Below, in pieces: positions 31,268 to 40,090 of a DNA stretch of 41,641 nucleotides (position 1 is the stretch's first letter; each line of letters starts with the position of its first letter). Made by a program: the position numbers and the translations under genes. The DNA is from Gammaproteobacteria bacterium. GTDB taxonomy: Bacteria > Pseudomonadota > Gammaproteobacteria > Pseudomonadales > Ketobacteraceae. Location: NCBI GenBank assembly GCA_002748575.1, contig PDSR01000082.1:1-41641 (forward strand), read 5' to 3'. Below the pieces are notes generated by a model that had not been told where the DNA came from, ran no database searches, and saw only the letters and a program-made list of their open reading frames with translations.

Positions 31268-31984
31268 ATGACTGATTTATTAGCACCTGAAACCGGTGTG
31301 CAAAACGACCGGGTAAAAATTGAAGCAAGCTGGAAACAACGCTTATCAGCAGAATTCCAAAAAGACTATATGAAACACCTGCGCGCTTTTTTGTTGCAGG
31401 AAAAAAAAGCGGGCAAGGTGATTTACCCCAAAGGCGAAGAATACTTTAATGCCTTTAACCTGACACCCTTTGAAAAAGTAAAAGTGGTGATCATCGGCCA
31501 GGATCCGTATCACGGCCCCAACCAGGCCCACGGTTTGTGTTTTTCAGTGCAGCCCGGCGTGCCTTTTCCGCCCTCGTTAAAAAATATGTTCAAAGAAATT
31601 CACGATGAACTCGGCCTGCCAATTCCCAGCCACGGCTGTTTAACCCACTGGGCGGAGCAGGGCGTGCTGTTGCTCAATGCCGTGCTGACAGTAGAACAAA
31701 GCAAAGCCGCCGCCCATCAGGGCAAAGGCTGGGAAACATTTACCGATGCGGTAATTCATAAAGTGAACGATGAACTAAATAATGTGGTGTTTCTGCTGTG
31801 GGGTTCATACGCACAGAAAAAAGCGAGCTTTATAGATACCTCCCGGCATTGCGTATTAAAGTCACCCCACCCGTCGCCTTTATCTGCCCATCGTGGATTT
31901 TTTGGCAATGGCCATTTCAAAAAGTGTAATGAGTATTTAGAAGCAAAAGGGCTGGCACCGATAGATTGGAGTGTGCCTGGTTAG
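31268..31984 (+). CDS. ung: Uracil-DNA glycosylase (family 1)
   Basis: [31 protein letters not shown] and HPSPLSA are present. Confidence 0.96.
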   Translation: MTDLLAPETGVQNDRVKIEASWKQRLSAEFQKDYMKHLRAFLLQEKKAGKVIYPKGEEYFNAFNLTPFEKVKVVIIGQDPYHGPNQAHGLCFSVQPGVPFPPSLKNMFKEIHDELGLPIPSHGCLTHWAEQGVLLLNAVLTVEQSKAAAHQGKGWETFTDAVIHKVNDELNNVVFLLWGSYAQKKASFIDTSRHCVLKSPHPSPLSAHRGFFGNGHFKKCNEYLEAKGLAPIDWSVPG

Positions 31985-32114
31985 TGGGGTTGGGAGGATA
32001 AGCAAGACCAAACTCTGAGTTATGGGTGACTATTGCGGGCAATATGGTTATGGTTTAAAAAAACAATAATAACCGGGTTAACGTACCCAAACCCGACCTA
32101 CAGAGGTAACCGCC

Positions 32115-33626
32115 ATGACTCAAACAGCTCCTTACTCTGTGCCCCAGTTAATCGCGGGCGAATTTCGGCAAAGCGTATCCACTGATTGGATTGATGTTAC
32201 TAATCCTGCCACGCAACAGGTGATTGCGCGGGTTCCCTGTGCAACGCCAGCAGAAATACAACAGGCCATTGATGCGGCCAAAGCTGCCTTTAATGAATGG
32301 CGAGAGACGCCGGTGCCAGTCCGTGCCCGGGTGATGTTGAAGTATCAGCAGTTGCTGAAAGAGCATCACGATGAGCTGGCAGAAATACTGGCCAGGGAAA
32401 CCGGGAAAACCTTTGAAGATGCCAAAGGCGACGTTTGGCGTGGTATTGAAGTGGTGGAACATGCCGCTAATATCCCCAGCTTGCTGATGGGGGAAACCGT
32501 CGAAAATGTCGCCAGTGAAATAGACACTTATTCCTACACCCAGCCGTTGGGTGTGTGTGCCGGTATTACCCCGTTTAACTTTCCGGCGATGATTCCCCTG
32601 TGGATGTTCCCGCTGGCTATTGCCTGCGGTAATGCCTTTATTCTTAAACCGTCGGAACAGGACCCGCTAACCCCCATGAGGCTTGCCGAGCTGTTGTTGG
32701 AAGCTGGTGCCCCTGCCAATATTCTTCAGGTTATTCATGGTCGCAAAGAATCGGTGGATGCTTTGCTTACCGATCCTGCCATTAAGGCCATCTCCTTTGT
32801 GGGTTCAGTGCCTGTTGGTCAGGCAATTTATAAAACCGGCACCGACCACATGAAGCGCGTGCAGGCATTTGCCGGTGCGAAAAATCATATGGTGGTGATG
32901 CCGGATGCGAACAGGCAGCAGGTAATTAATAATATTGTCGGCGCGTCTGTTGGTGCTGCCGGGCAGCGCTGTATGGCGATCAGCGTGGCGGTGTTGGTGG
33001 GCGAGGCCAAGGACTGGGTAGAGGATATTAAAAAGGCGCTGCAAAGTGTGCGCCCCGGTGCATGGGATGATCCCCAGGCCGCTTATGGGCCATTGATCAG
33101 CCCGCAGGCCAGGCAGCGGGTTTTAAATCTGATTCAGCAAGGCAAGGATGAAGGCGCTACCTGCCTGCTGGATGGTTCTGACGTGGTGGTGGAAGGGTAT
33201 CCTGATGGCAACTGGGTGGGGCCGACACTGTTTACCGATGTGACGGTGGATATGAGTATCTACAAAGAAGAAATTTTTGGGCCGGTGCTTTGTGTTCTTA
33301 CCGTTGAATCTTTGGATGAGGCCATTGAATTAATTAACCGTCACCCCTGTGGTAATGGCACCTCTATTTTTACCGCCAGTGGCGGCGCTGCCCGCCGTTA
33401 TCAGCATCAGATCGAAGTGGGCCAGGTGGGTATTAATGTGCCGATTCCAGTGCCGCTGCCGTTCTTTTCCTTTACTGGTTGGAAAGCGTCTTTTTATGGC
33501 GATCAGCACGCCTATGGCAAGCAGGCGATTCGTTTTTATACCGAAACCAAAACCATTACCGCCCGTTGGTTTGATGATGATATTCCAGCGGCCCATGATC
33601 CGAACATGACCATTAATTTAAAGTAA
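32115..33626 (+). CDS. mmsA: Methylmalonate-semialdehyde dehydrogenase (CoA-acylating)
   Basis: This is an ALDH fold with [20 protein letters not shown] and GQRCMA (catalytic Cys). Length is 503 aa. It heads a valine-catabolism cluster. Confidence 0.9.
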   Translation: MTQTAPYSVPQLIAGEFRQSVSTDWIDVTNPATQQVIARVPCATPAEIQQAIDAAKAAFNEWRETPVPVRARVMLKYQQLLKEHHDELAEILARETGKTFEDAKGDVWRGIEVVEHAANIPSLLMGETVENVASEIDTYSYTQPLGVCAGITPFNFPAMIPLWMFPLAIACGNAFILKPSEQDPLTPMRLAELLLEAGAPANILQVIHGRKESVDALLTDPAIKAISFVGSVPVGQAIYKTGTDHMKRVQAFAGAKNHMVVMPDANRQQVINNIVGASVGAAGQRCMAISVAVLVGEAKDWVEDIKKALQSVRPGAWDDPQAAYGPLISPQARQRVLNLIQQGKDEGATCLLDGSDVVVEGYPDGNWVGPTLFTDVTVDMSIYKEEIFGPVLCVLTVESLDEAIELINRHPCGNGTSIFTASGGAARRYQHQIEVGQVGINVPIPVPLPFFSFTGWKASFYGDQHAYGKQAIRFYTETKTITARWFDDDIPAAHDPNMTINLK

Positions 33627-33631
33627 GTCCT

Positions 33632-34792
33632 ATGGATTTTAATCTTAACGAAGATCAGATTGCCTACCAGGATGCAGCACGCGCCTTTGCCGCGAATGAA
33701 CTGGCCCCCCACGCCGCAGAGTGGGATCAGCAGCAGCATTTTCCGGTGGATGTGATTCGCAAGGCCGGGGAATTAGGTTTCTGTGGCCTGTATTCGCCGC
33801 AATCTGCTGGTGGTTTGGGCCTGAGCCGGTTGGATGCCCATGTTATTTTTGAAGAATTAGCCTGTGGCTGTACCGCAACGGCGGCTTATATCACCATTCA
33901 TAACATGTGTGCCTGGATGCTGACCAGCTTTGCCAATGAGCACATGGTGAACCAATGGGGCGCGGCGTTAACTTCTGGTGAAAAACTGGCCTCCTACTGT
34001 TTAACCGAGCCGGGTGCCGGGTCTGATGCTGCATCGTTAACAACAAGTGCCCACCATGAAGGCAAACACTATGTGTTAAATGGTACCAAGTGTTTTATAT
34101 CCGGTGCCGGGTCTACCGATGTGTTGCTGGTTATGGCGCGTACCGGTGCTCCTGGCGTTAAAGGTATTTCCTGTTTTGTGGTGCCTGCGGATTTGCCGGG
34201 TATCAGTTATGGCCGTAAAGAAGAAAAAATGGGCTGGAATTGCCAGCCGACGCGAACCATTACTTTCGAAAACGTAAAAATTCCTGAAAACCATTTAGTG
34301 GGTAAAGAAGGCCAGGGCTTTGTGTTTGCCATGAAAGGGTTGGATGGTGGCCGTATTAACATTGCCACTTGTTCACTTGGGGCAGCACAGGCAGCGCTGG
34401 ATGCATCGCAACGCTATATGCATGAACGCCATCAGTTTGGTAAACCGATTGCGAACTTTCAGGCTTTGCAATTCAAGCTGGCCGATATGGCCACTGAACT
34501 GGTGGCAGCGCGGCAAATGGTTCGCCTGGCGGCATTTAAATTAGATAGCAAAGCACCCGACGCAACCACCTATTGTGCAATGGCGAAACGCTTCGCCACC
34601 GATGTCGGCTTTAATGTTTGTAATGCAGCGCTGCAAATCCACGGCGGTTATGGGTACATCCGCGAGTATCCGTTGGAGCGCTATATGCGCGATGCCCGAG
34701 TGCATCAGATTTTGGAAGGCACTAACGAAGTGATGAGGCATATTGTTGCGCGTCGGATATTAATGGAAGGCGCAACCGAGGCAATACGATGA
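33632..34792 (+). CDS. Acyl-CoA dehydrogenase (isobutyryl-CoA dehydrogenase-like)
   Basis: The ACAD motifs CLTEPGAGSDAASL and QIHGGYGYIREYPLERYMRDARVHQILEGTNEV are present. The operon context suggests the substrate. Confidence 0.88.
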   Translation: MDFNLNEDQIAYQDAARAFAANELAPHAAEWDQQQHFPVDVIRKAGELGFCGLYSPQSAGGLGLSRLDAHVIFEELACGCTATAAYITIHNMCAWMLTSFANEHMVNQWGAALTSGEKLASYCLTEPGAGSDAASLTTSAHHEGKHYVLNGTKCFISGAGSTDVLLVMARTGAPGVKGISCFVVPADLPGISYGRKEEKMGWNCQPTRTITFENVKIPENHLVGKEGQGFVFAMKGLDGGRINIATCSLGAAQAALDASQRYMHERHQFGKPIANFQALQFKLADMATELVAARQMVRLAAFKLDSKAPDATTYCAMAKRFATDVGFNVCNAALQIHGGYGYIREYPLERYMRDARVHQILEGTNEVMRHIVARRILMEGATEAIR

Positions 34793-34839
34793 AAGCCACC
34801 ATACGCTAATCAGAAAGCAATTATAAAAAGGTTAACTCA

Positions 34840-35955
34840 ATGTCAGATGTTGTTTTATTTGAAACGCTTAATACCAACGATGGCCAGCAACTGGCAATCG
34901 CCACGCTTAATGCCGAAAAATCGCTGAATGCGTTAAGCGTTGAAATGGTAGAACTGTTAATTCCTCAACTTGAGCAATGGCAGCAAGATCAATCGGTTGT
35001 TTGTGTGCTGTTAAAGGCCGCTGGCGACAAGGCGTTTTGTGCCGGTGGAGATATTCGCCGCTTGTACGATAGCATGATTGAATGCGGTGCCGACAAACCC
35101 AACGATTATGCAGAAGCATTTTTCGAGCACGAATACCGGCTGGATTATTTGATTCACACTTATTCCAAGCCGTTAATCGTTTGGGGGCATGGCATTGTGA
35201 TGGGTGGCGGTATCGGTTTAATGTCCGGGGCCAGCCATCGCGTGGTGACAGAAAAATCCCGATTAGCCATGCCGGAAATTAATATTGGCCTTTATCCTGA
35301 TGTGGGTAGCACCTGGTTTTTAAATCACGCCACCGGGCGCACCGGTTTGTTTCTGGGTTTAACCGGGGCGAGCATTAACGCAGCGGATGCGTTGTTTATT
35401 GGCCTGGCGGATCGCTTTATTGCGCATCAGCATCAGGCGGCGGTGATTAAGGGGTTATGCGCTGCAAATTGGCAAGATCAAACCCGTGATGCGGCGGGTA
35501 TTGTTTCCAAGGTATTGCGTGGTTTTGAAGATTTATCCGCATTGCCCGAAAGCCCGGTACGTGGCCACTATGATTTGATTCAACAGGTAACAGATGGCGA
35601 TAACCTGGCAGAAATCGCCGCGAATATTGATGGCATTGCAGGCGATGATAAATGGCTGCAAAAAGCAAAAGCGGGTTTAAAAAACGGCTGCCCGACGACC
35701 GCGCATCTGGTGTATCAACAATTAAAACGCGGTAAAAAACTGTCGCTTAAAGCGGTGTTTCAGTTGGAGCTTATTATGTCTTTACAGTGCAGCCGCCACG
35801 GGGATTTCCCTGAAGGGGTACGCGCACTGTTGGTCGATAAGGACGGCGCACCGAAATGGCGGCATTCGTCGGTGGCGGATGTGCCCGATGCCTGGGTGGA
35901 GCAGCATTTTATTGCCCCCTGGGGTGATGCAGAAAACCCTTTAAGTGATCTTTAA
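34840..35955 (+). CDS. 3-hydroxyisobutyryl-CoA hydrolase (ECH_2 crotonase family)
   Basis: The protein is long for a crotonase (371 aa). It carries FCAGGDIRRLY, EYRLDYLIHTYSKPLIVWGHGIVMGGGIGL and MPEINIGLYPDVGSTWFL. Confidence 0.82.
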   Translation: MSDVVLFETLNTNDGQQLAIATLNAEKSLNALSVEMVELLIPQLEQWQQDQSVVCVLLKAAGDKAFCAGGDIRRLYDSMIECGADKPNDYAEAFFEHEYRLDYLIHTYSKPLIVWGHGIVMGGGIGLMSGASHRVVTEKSRLAMPEINIGLYPDVGSTWFLNHATGRTGLFLGLTGASINAADALFIGLADRFIAHQHQAAVIKGLCAANWQDQTRDAAGIVSKVLRGFEDLSALPESPVRGHYDLIQQVTDGDNLAEIAANIDGIAGDDKWLQKAKAGLKNGCPTTAHLVYQQLKRGKKLSLKAVFQLELIMSLQCSRHGDFPEGVRALLVDKDGAPKWRHSSVADVPDAWVEQHFIAPWGDAENPLSDL

Positions 35956-36003
35956 TTCACGTCAGCAGTATTTAAAAAAATAATAACCAAGGGGTAAATA
36001 ATT

Positions 36004-36897
36004 ATGGCGAGCATCGGTTTTATTGGTTTGGGTAATATGGGTGGCCCAATGGCGGTGAACCTGGTTAAAGCAGGCCATCATGTTAAGGTGTTCGATTTAC
36101 TGGCAGCAAATAAAGAAGCGGCGGTATCGCAGGGGGCGACTGCGGCTGCTTCGGCCATTGATGCGGTTAAGGATGTGGAGTTTGTTGTGTCGATGCTGCC
36201 ATCTGGCCCGATTGTGGAAAGCCTGTATATTCACGATAGCAAACTGTTAGATGAAATAGCCCCTGAAACTCTGGTGATCGACTGTTCAACAATAGCGCCC
36301 GAAAACGCGATTCGTGTTGCGGATGCTGCCAGGCAAAAAGGCATTACCGCCATTGATGCTCCGGTATCTGGTGGTGTGGGTGGCGCGATTGCGGGTACGC
36401 TTACGTTTATTGTTGGCGGTGATGAGGATGCTTTTACTCGCGCCAAGCCAGTGCTTGCCAGCATGGGCAAAAATGTTTTTCATGCGGGCGATCATGGCGC
36501 CGGTCAGGTCGCAAAAATCTGTAATAACATGCTGCTGGCGGTACATATGATTGGTACTGCTGAAGCCTTGCAAATGGGTGTTGATAACGGCCTGGATGCC
36601 AAAGTGCTGTCAGACATTATGTTGCAAAGCTCCGGCCGCAACTGGTCGCTGGAATTATATAACCCCTATCCGGGGGTAATGGATGGCGTGCCTGCATCAA
36701 ACCAATACAATGGCGGCTTTCAGGTTGATCTGATGAATAAGGACCTGGGCCTGGCGGTTGATGTTGCCCTGAAAAGCAAGTCAAGCACGCCAATGGGTAA
36801 TGTCGCCAAAAGCCTTTACGCAATGCTTGGTCGACAGGGAAATGGCAGCAAGGATTTTTCCAGCATTCAAAAGCTTTTCCAGCCGGGTGATGAATAG
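36004..36897 (+). CDS. mmsB: 3-hydroxyisobutyrate dehydrogenase
   Basis: IGFIGLGNMGGPMA is the Rossmann motif. DAPVSGG and GAGQVAKICNNM are present. Length is 297 aa. Confidence 0.92.
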   Translation: MASIGFIGLGNMGGPMAVNLVKAGHHVKVFDLLAANKEAAVSQGATAAASAIDAVKDVEFVVSMLPSGPIVESLYIHDSKLLDEIAPETLVIDCSTIAPENAIRVADAARQKGITAIDAPVSGGVGGAIAGTLTFIVGGDEDAFTRAKPVLASMGKNVFHAGDHGAGQVAKICNNMLLAVHMIGTAEALQMGVDNGLDAKVLSDIMLQSSGRNWSLELYNPYPGVMDGVPASNQYNGGFQVDLMNKDLGLAVDVALKSKSSTPMGNVAKSLYAMLGRQGNGSKDFSSIQKLFQPGDE

Positions 36898-36979
36898 TTT
36901 TTTGAACTCTGTTTCACTAACAAGGTGGGGCATGTGGGCTTGTATGAAAAAGTGAAGATGGAAATAAGAAGGATATAAA

Positions 36980-37483
36980 TTGAAAAAACTATGCTTGCTG
37001 TCGTTACTTTTTGCTTTAACGGCCTGTTCTTCGGATGAAGGTAAGAAATTATCAAAAATATACTATCTGGGTGCGTTGCAAATAGATATTCCAGCGGGAG
37101 CAACTGCTCAGATCATAACGGGAAGCAAAGATCATCACGTATTATATAAATACGGAAACGAAAAAGGAAAAAACTACCTTGCCATTAGCCAACTGATTAA
37201 TGGTTATCCTGTTGATTTTGGCTGTGATGTAGAGCAAATGGTTGCAGCGATATTTACTGAAAATAAAAATCCAGGTTGTAATAAAAGCGCATATGACGGA
37301 TTTAAAGAGGCTTACAAAAATAAAGCAGATGTTTCCGTTGTAGCGTCAGATAACGCAACAATATATTTTTCCAAAAAAGATAAAAGCAACGCTTTTGTTA
37401 AAACATCTGCTGGTATTGTCCATGTCGAAAGCGATTGGCTGGATTTAAAAAACTACGTCAGTATTGATAGCACTAATATATAG
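36980..37483 (+). CDS. Hypothetical lipoprotein (orphan, AT-rich gene)
   Basis: A TTG start is preceded by AAGAAGGA. The signal peptide with lipobox is MKKLCLLSLLFALTAC|SSD. I recognise no family. Composition is visibly more AT-rich than both flanks. Confidence 0.6.
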   Translation: MKKLCLLSLLFALTACSSDEGKKLSKIYYLGALQIDIPAGATAQIITGSKDHHVLYKYGNEKGKNYLAISQLINGYPVDFGCDVEQMVAAIFTENKNPGCNKSAYDGFKEAYKNKADVSVVASDNATIYFSKKDKSNAFVKTSAGIVHVESDWLDLKNYVSIDSTNI

Positions 37484-37499
37484 ATGCCTGTATCACGAA

Positions 37500-37542
37500 G
37501 CCAAAGATTAAAGTAACGCTTGGTGGCGTGCTTTAATCTGGC
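37500..37542. terminator. Long hairpin between the convergent lipoprotein and HDOD genes (candidate bidirectional terminator)
   Basis: gccaaagattaaag pairs with ctttaatctggc (12 bp with one bulged A) around a 17-nt loop. There is no strong T-run on either side. Confidence 0.35.
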
Positions 37543-37588
37543 ATTTATCAGTATATGTTCAATAAATACGTTGATGTTCCACTAAAAA

Positions 37589-38428
37589 TTACTGCAACAT
37601 GGCCATAGCCGCAGCCATTTCATCGGATAAATCTTCGCCTTCGGTATCTTCCACCTGGGGATCAAGGCCCAGTCGGTTAAAAGCGGTTACGTTGCTCCAG
37701 TCAAAGGTGGTCAGTGGATGGTCTGTGCCAATATAGCTTTGCAGATTGGCAACCGTCACAATGTCGGTATAGTCTGGTGTATCTGTTCCGGTATCGCGCT
37801 TAAAGGTCAGGTGCCCTTTGGGTACGGCTACCAGCTCTTCCGGAAACTCCCAGGACTCTAAAATTCGAGTGCCCACATGGGGGTGAATTTTATCAATCAC
37901 TCGTGACAGGGTAATGGGGTCGTTTAGTTTACCATTGTCTTCAGCGTAGGTAAGTATGGGAAGCACACCGATATTATGCACCAGCCCCGCCAGGGTTGCC
38001 TGATCAGGTTTCAGTTTCGTGTAATGGCGGCATAGCACGTTGGCAATCCCGGCAACCTCGGTGCTGTGTTTCCAGTTTTTGCGCATGGTTTTATCAATCA
38101 AATCGGAAGTCGCCTGAAACATTTGTTCCATCGCCAGGCCAGTTACCAGATTGGAAATACAGGTCATACCTAATCGCGCAATGGCCATTTGCACATCGTT
38201 AATTTCCTTCGAGCCACGCATGATAGGGCTGTTGGCTACTTTAATGATTCTGGCGGTCATGGCGGCATCGTTGTTAATGACTTTCGAGAGATCTGACGCC
38301 GATGCGTCCGGGTTTTCTGCGGTATCCCGTGCTTGAAGAGCCACTTCCGGTAAAGTAGGCAATACCATTTCGTCGTTTTTGATCATCGTAACCAGTTCAT
38401 GCAGAACGGTTTCTTCAATACTGGCCAT
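37589..38428 (-). CDS. HDOD domain-containing signalling protein
   Basis: VLPTLPEVALQARDTAENPDASASDLSKVINNDAAMTARIIKVANSPIMRG is the characteristic HDOD N-terminal pattern. Downstream is an HD-like region lacking a canonical HD pair, as in other HDOD proteins. Confidence 0.85.
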   Translation of the reverse strand: MASIEETVLHELVTMIKNDEMVLPTLPEVALQARDTAENPDASASDLSKVINNDAAMTARIIKVANSPIMRGSKEINDVQMAIARLGMTCISNLVTGLAMEQMFQATSDLIDKTMRKNWKHSTEVAGIANVLCRHYTKLKPDQATLAGLVHNIGVLPILTYAEDNGKLNDPITLSRVIDKIHPHVGTRILESWEFPEELVAVPKGHLTFKRDTGTDTPDYTDIVTVANLQSYIGTDHPLTTFDWSNVTAFNRLGLDPQVEDTEGEDLSDEMAAAMAMLQ

Positions 38429-38483
38429 TCGCCATTACTCCTAATCAGTTAAACCCAGGTGAGCGGAAAAAACGCACCTAAAT

Positions 38484-39407
38484 TTAATTTATAGCATAGG
38501 GCAGCGATACTAGCGTGAGTTTCAGACCATCATTTTGTTCTAAGTGAAGGGGTTTAGGTTCCGTTTCCGGTGGTTTGAGTAACACATTACCAAAGCTGAT
38601 ATCGGGGTTTTTGCTGGTTTGATAACAGGTTATCAGCTCGGCACATTTTTGTTGTTTGTCGTTATAAAATACTGCGTTATCAGGAACAGCCTGTTGTGTT
38701 GTAAATGCTGCCAGGCGTTTTTTTACTTTGCCCTTAAAGTGGATACGTGCCACTACTTCCTGGCCTTTGTAGCAGCCCTTGTTAAAGCTGATGCCGTCAA
38801 TGGCATCGTAATTAAGTTCCTGTGGAAGGTATCGATCTCGCTGGGTTTGCTCTACCAGTACCAGGCCATTACGCGCAAGGATCGCCAGGGCATCGTTTTC
38901 GCTGCCAATGTTCTGGTTTGCGAAAATGCGGGTTACTTGTTCCCGGGCGGCAATGCCCAGGTTGATGGCGGGAATATGGGGGTTGTTAAAGCTGGTGTGT
39001 GGGCTCTGTTCCGTCCAGTGCAGGAAAGGGTAGCTGGCCTGGTTTTCTTGCAGCTGTACCTGGGAAAACAAAGCGTATTTTTGCAGTAATTTCAGTAAAT
39101 AGCCCGCCTGCCCGTTGGGTAGCACCAGTTGCAGGGTTTCGCCGGTGGGAATGGCGATAAAACTGGCTTCAATACGCCCTTTCAGGTTCAGGTGGGCACC
39201 TATCAAGGATTCACCTTTTTCCAGTCGGCGGGTGTCGCACGTAATCTGACCCTGTAAAAAGCTGAAACGGTCAGGCCCCGAGACTTCCAATGCAGAAAAT
39301 GATGCCAGCGGATACAGCAGGCCGTTGGCGGTGTTGTTTTCAATATCAGTTGCTGTGGTATTCAGCGTGTGGCAATTCAGGGTTGCTGACAGCGCAGTCC
39401 AACTCAT
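38484..39407 (-). CDS. ygfZ: tRNA-modifying folate-binding protein YgfZ
   Basis: The signature ISFNKGCYKGQEVVARIHFKG (K-G-C-Y-x-G-Q-E) is present. The likely start is MSWTALSA at 39407. It is divergent from sdhE, as in E. coli. Confidence 0.88.
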   Translation of the reverse strand: MSWTALSATLNCHTLNTTATDIENNTANGLLYPLASFSALEVSGPDRFSFLQGQITCDTRRLEKGESLIGAHLNLKGRIEASFIAIPTGETLQLVLPNGQAGYLLKLLQKYALFSQVQLQENQASYPFLHWTEQSPHTSFNNPHIPAINLGIAAREQVTRIFANQNIGSENDALAILARNGLVLVEQTQRDRYLPQELNYDAIDGISFNKGCYKGQEVVARIHFKGKVKKRLAAFTTQQAVPDNAVFYNDKQQKCAELITCYQTSKNPDISFGNVLLKPPETEPKPLHLEQNDGLKLTLVSLPYAIN

Positions 39408-39469
39408 TGAAACCTCGGTTTTTATTGGCATGAATGGGCGCATGATAATGCTATTTGCTGCTAATTACA

Positions 39470-39506
39470 GCAGATTGCTGATGTGGTTATTGCCTTGGGG
39501 TATAAT
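39470..39506 (+). promoter_or_regulatory. Candidate promoter for sdhE
   Basis: A perfect -10 TATAAT sits at 39501-39506, 32 nt upstream of the sdhE ATG. The -35 is weak. Confidence 0.35.
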
Positions 39507-39538
39507 CCTGCCCTTAGTTAAACGGAGAATTTACCCTG

Positions 39539-39760
39539 ATGTCGAACATTTATTCCGAGGATGAACTGAAGCGATTATCCTGGCAGTGCCGTCGTGGTAT
39601 CAAAGAAGTGGAGGTGTTGTTGGCCCCGTTTTTTGAGAACCATTTTGCAGAGCTTTCCGATGCCGATAAACAGCTGTTTGTTGAGCTGCCGGTTGTGCGG
39701 CAGCCTGCTGGGTTTATGTTCTGTACCGCTATGTTTTATTGCAGGCAAAACGCTCGGTGA
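39539..39760 (+). CDS. sdhE: SdhE/YgfY-family FAD assembly factor; the C-terminal half appears to be replaced by unrelated sequence (probable truncation or pseudogene)
   Basis: Residues 1-50 (LSWQCRRGIKEVEVLLAPFFENHFAELSDADKQLFVEL) match SdhE, including the RGxxE motif. The expected LLExxDxDLxxW region and the last two helices are absent in all three forward frames. Confidence 0.6.
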   Translation: MSNIYSEDELKRLSWQCRRGIKEVEVLLAPFFENHFAELSDADKQLFVELPVVRQPAGFMFCTAMFYCRQNAR

Positions 39761-40053
39761 CAAGAATTCAGTGGGCGACTGATGGCTGGTTTGTTACTAC
39801 CCGTCAAAAAATTGAAGGGCCGCTGGTGTTGCGTAGCAGTACCCGGGTTGCCAGAAGCCTGATATTACTGCATTTTGGCCGCCCGCCCGGTCACCCTGTT
39901 ACTCGCCCGTTGCGCCACTTTACTGTAGATTTTGTGGTACCTGTTTTGCCAGACAGCCTGGATCAGGAAAGCTATCGGGCGTTGCAGATATTTCTGCGCT
40001 GGCAAAGGGCAGCTGTTTTAAACCCGCTATTGGCCCCTGAAAAGGGCTCCTGA
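39739..40053 (+). CDS. YgfX (CptA/DUF1434)-like protein lacking the N-terminal transmembrane region (probable 5'-truncated remnant)
   Basis: It sits downstream of sdhE. The C-terminal pattern is VTRIQWATDGW...LILLHF...VPVLPDSLDQESYRALQIFLRW; compare E. coli YgfX LWLAADSMDEAEWRDLRRILLQ. The frame is open only back to 39685 and encodes a partial hydrophobic stretch, AAGCAAACWVYVLYRYVLL. The only start candidate is TTG 39739. Confidence 0.5.
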   Translation: MQAKRSVTRIQWATDGWFVTTRQKIEGPLVLRSSTRVARSLILLHFGRPPGHPVTRPLRHFTVDFVVPVLPDSLDQESYRALQIFLRWQRAAVLNPLLAPEKGS

Positions 40054-40090
40054 AAATAGCCTTTAAGAATCTGGCGTTTGTCAGCTAAAG

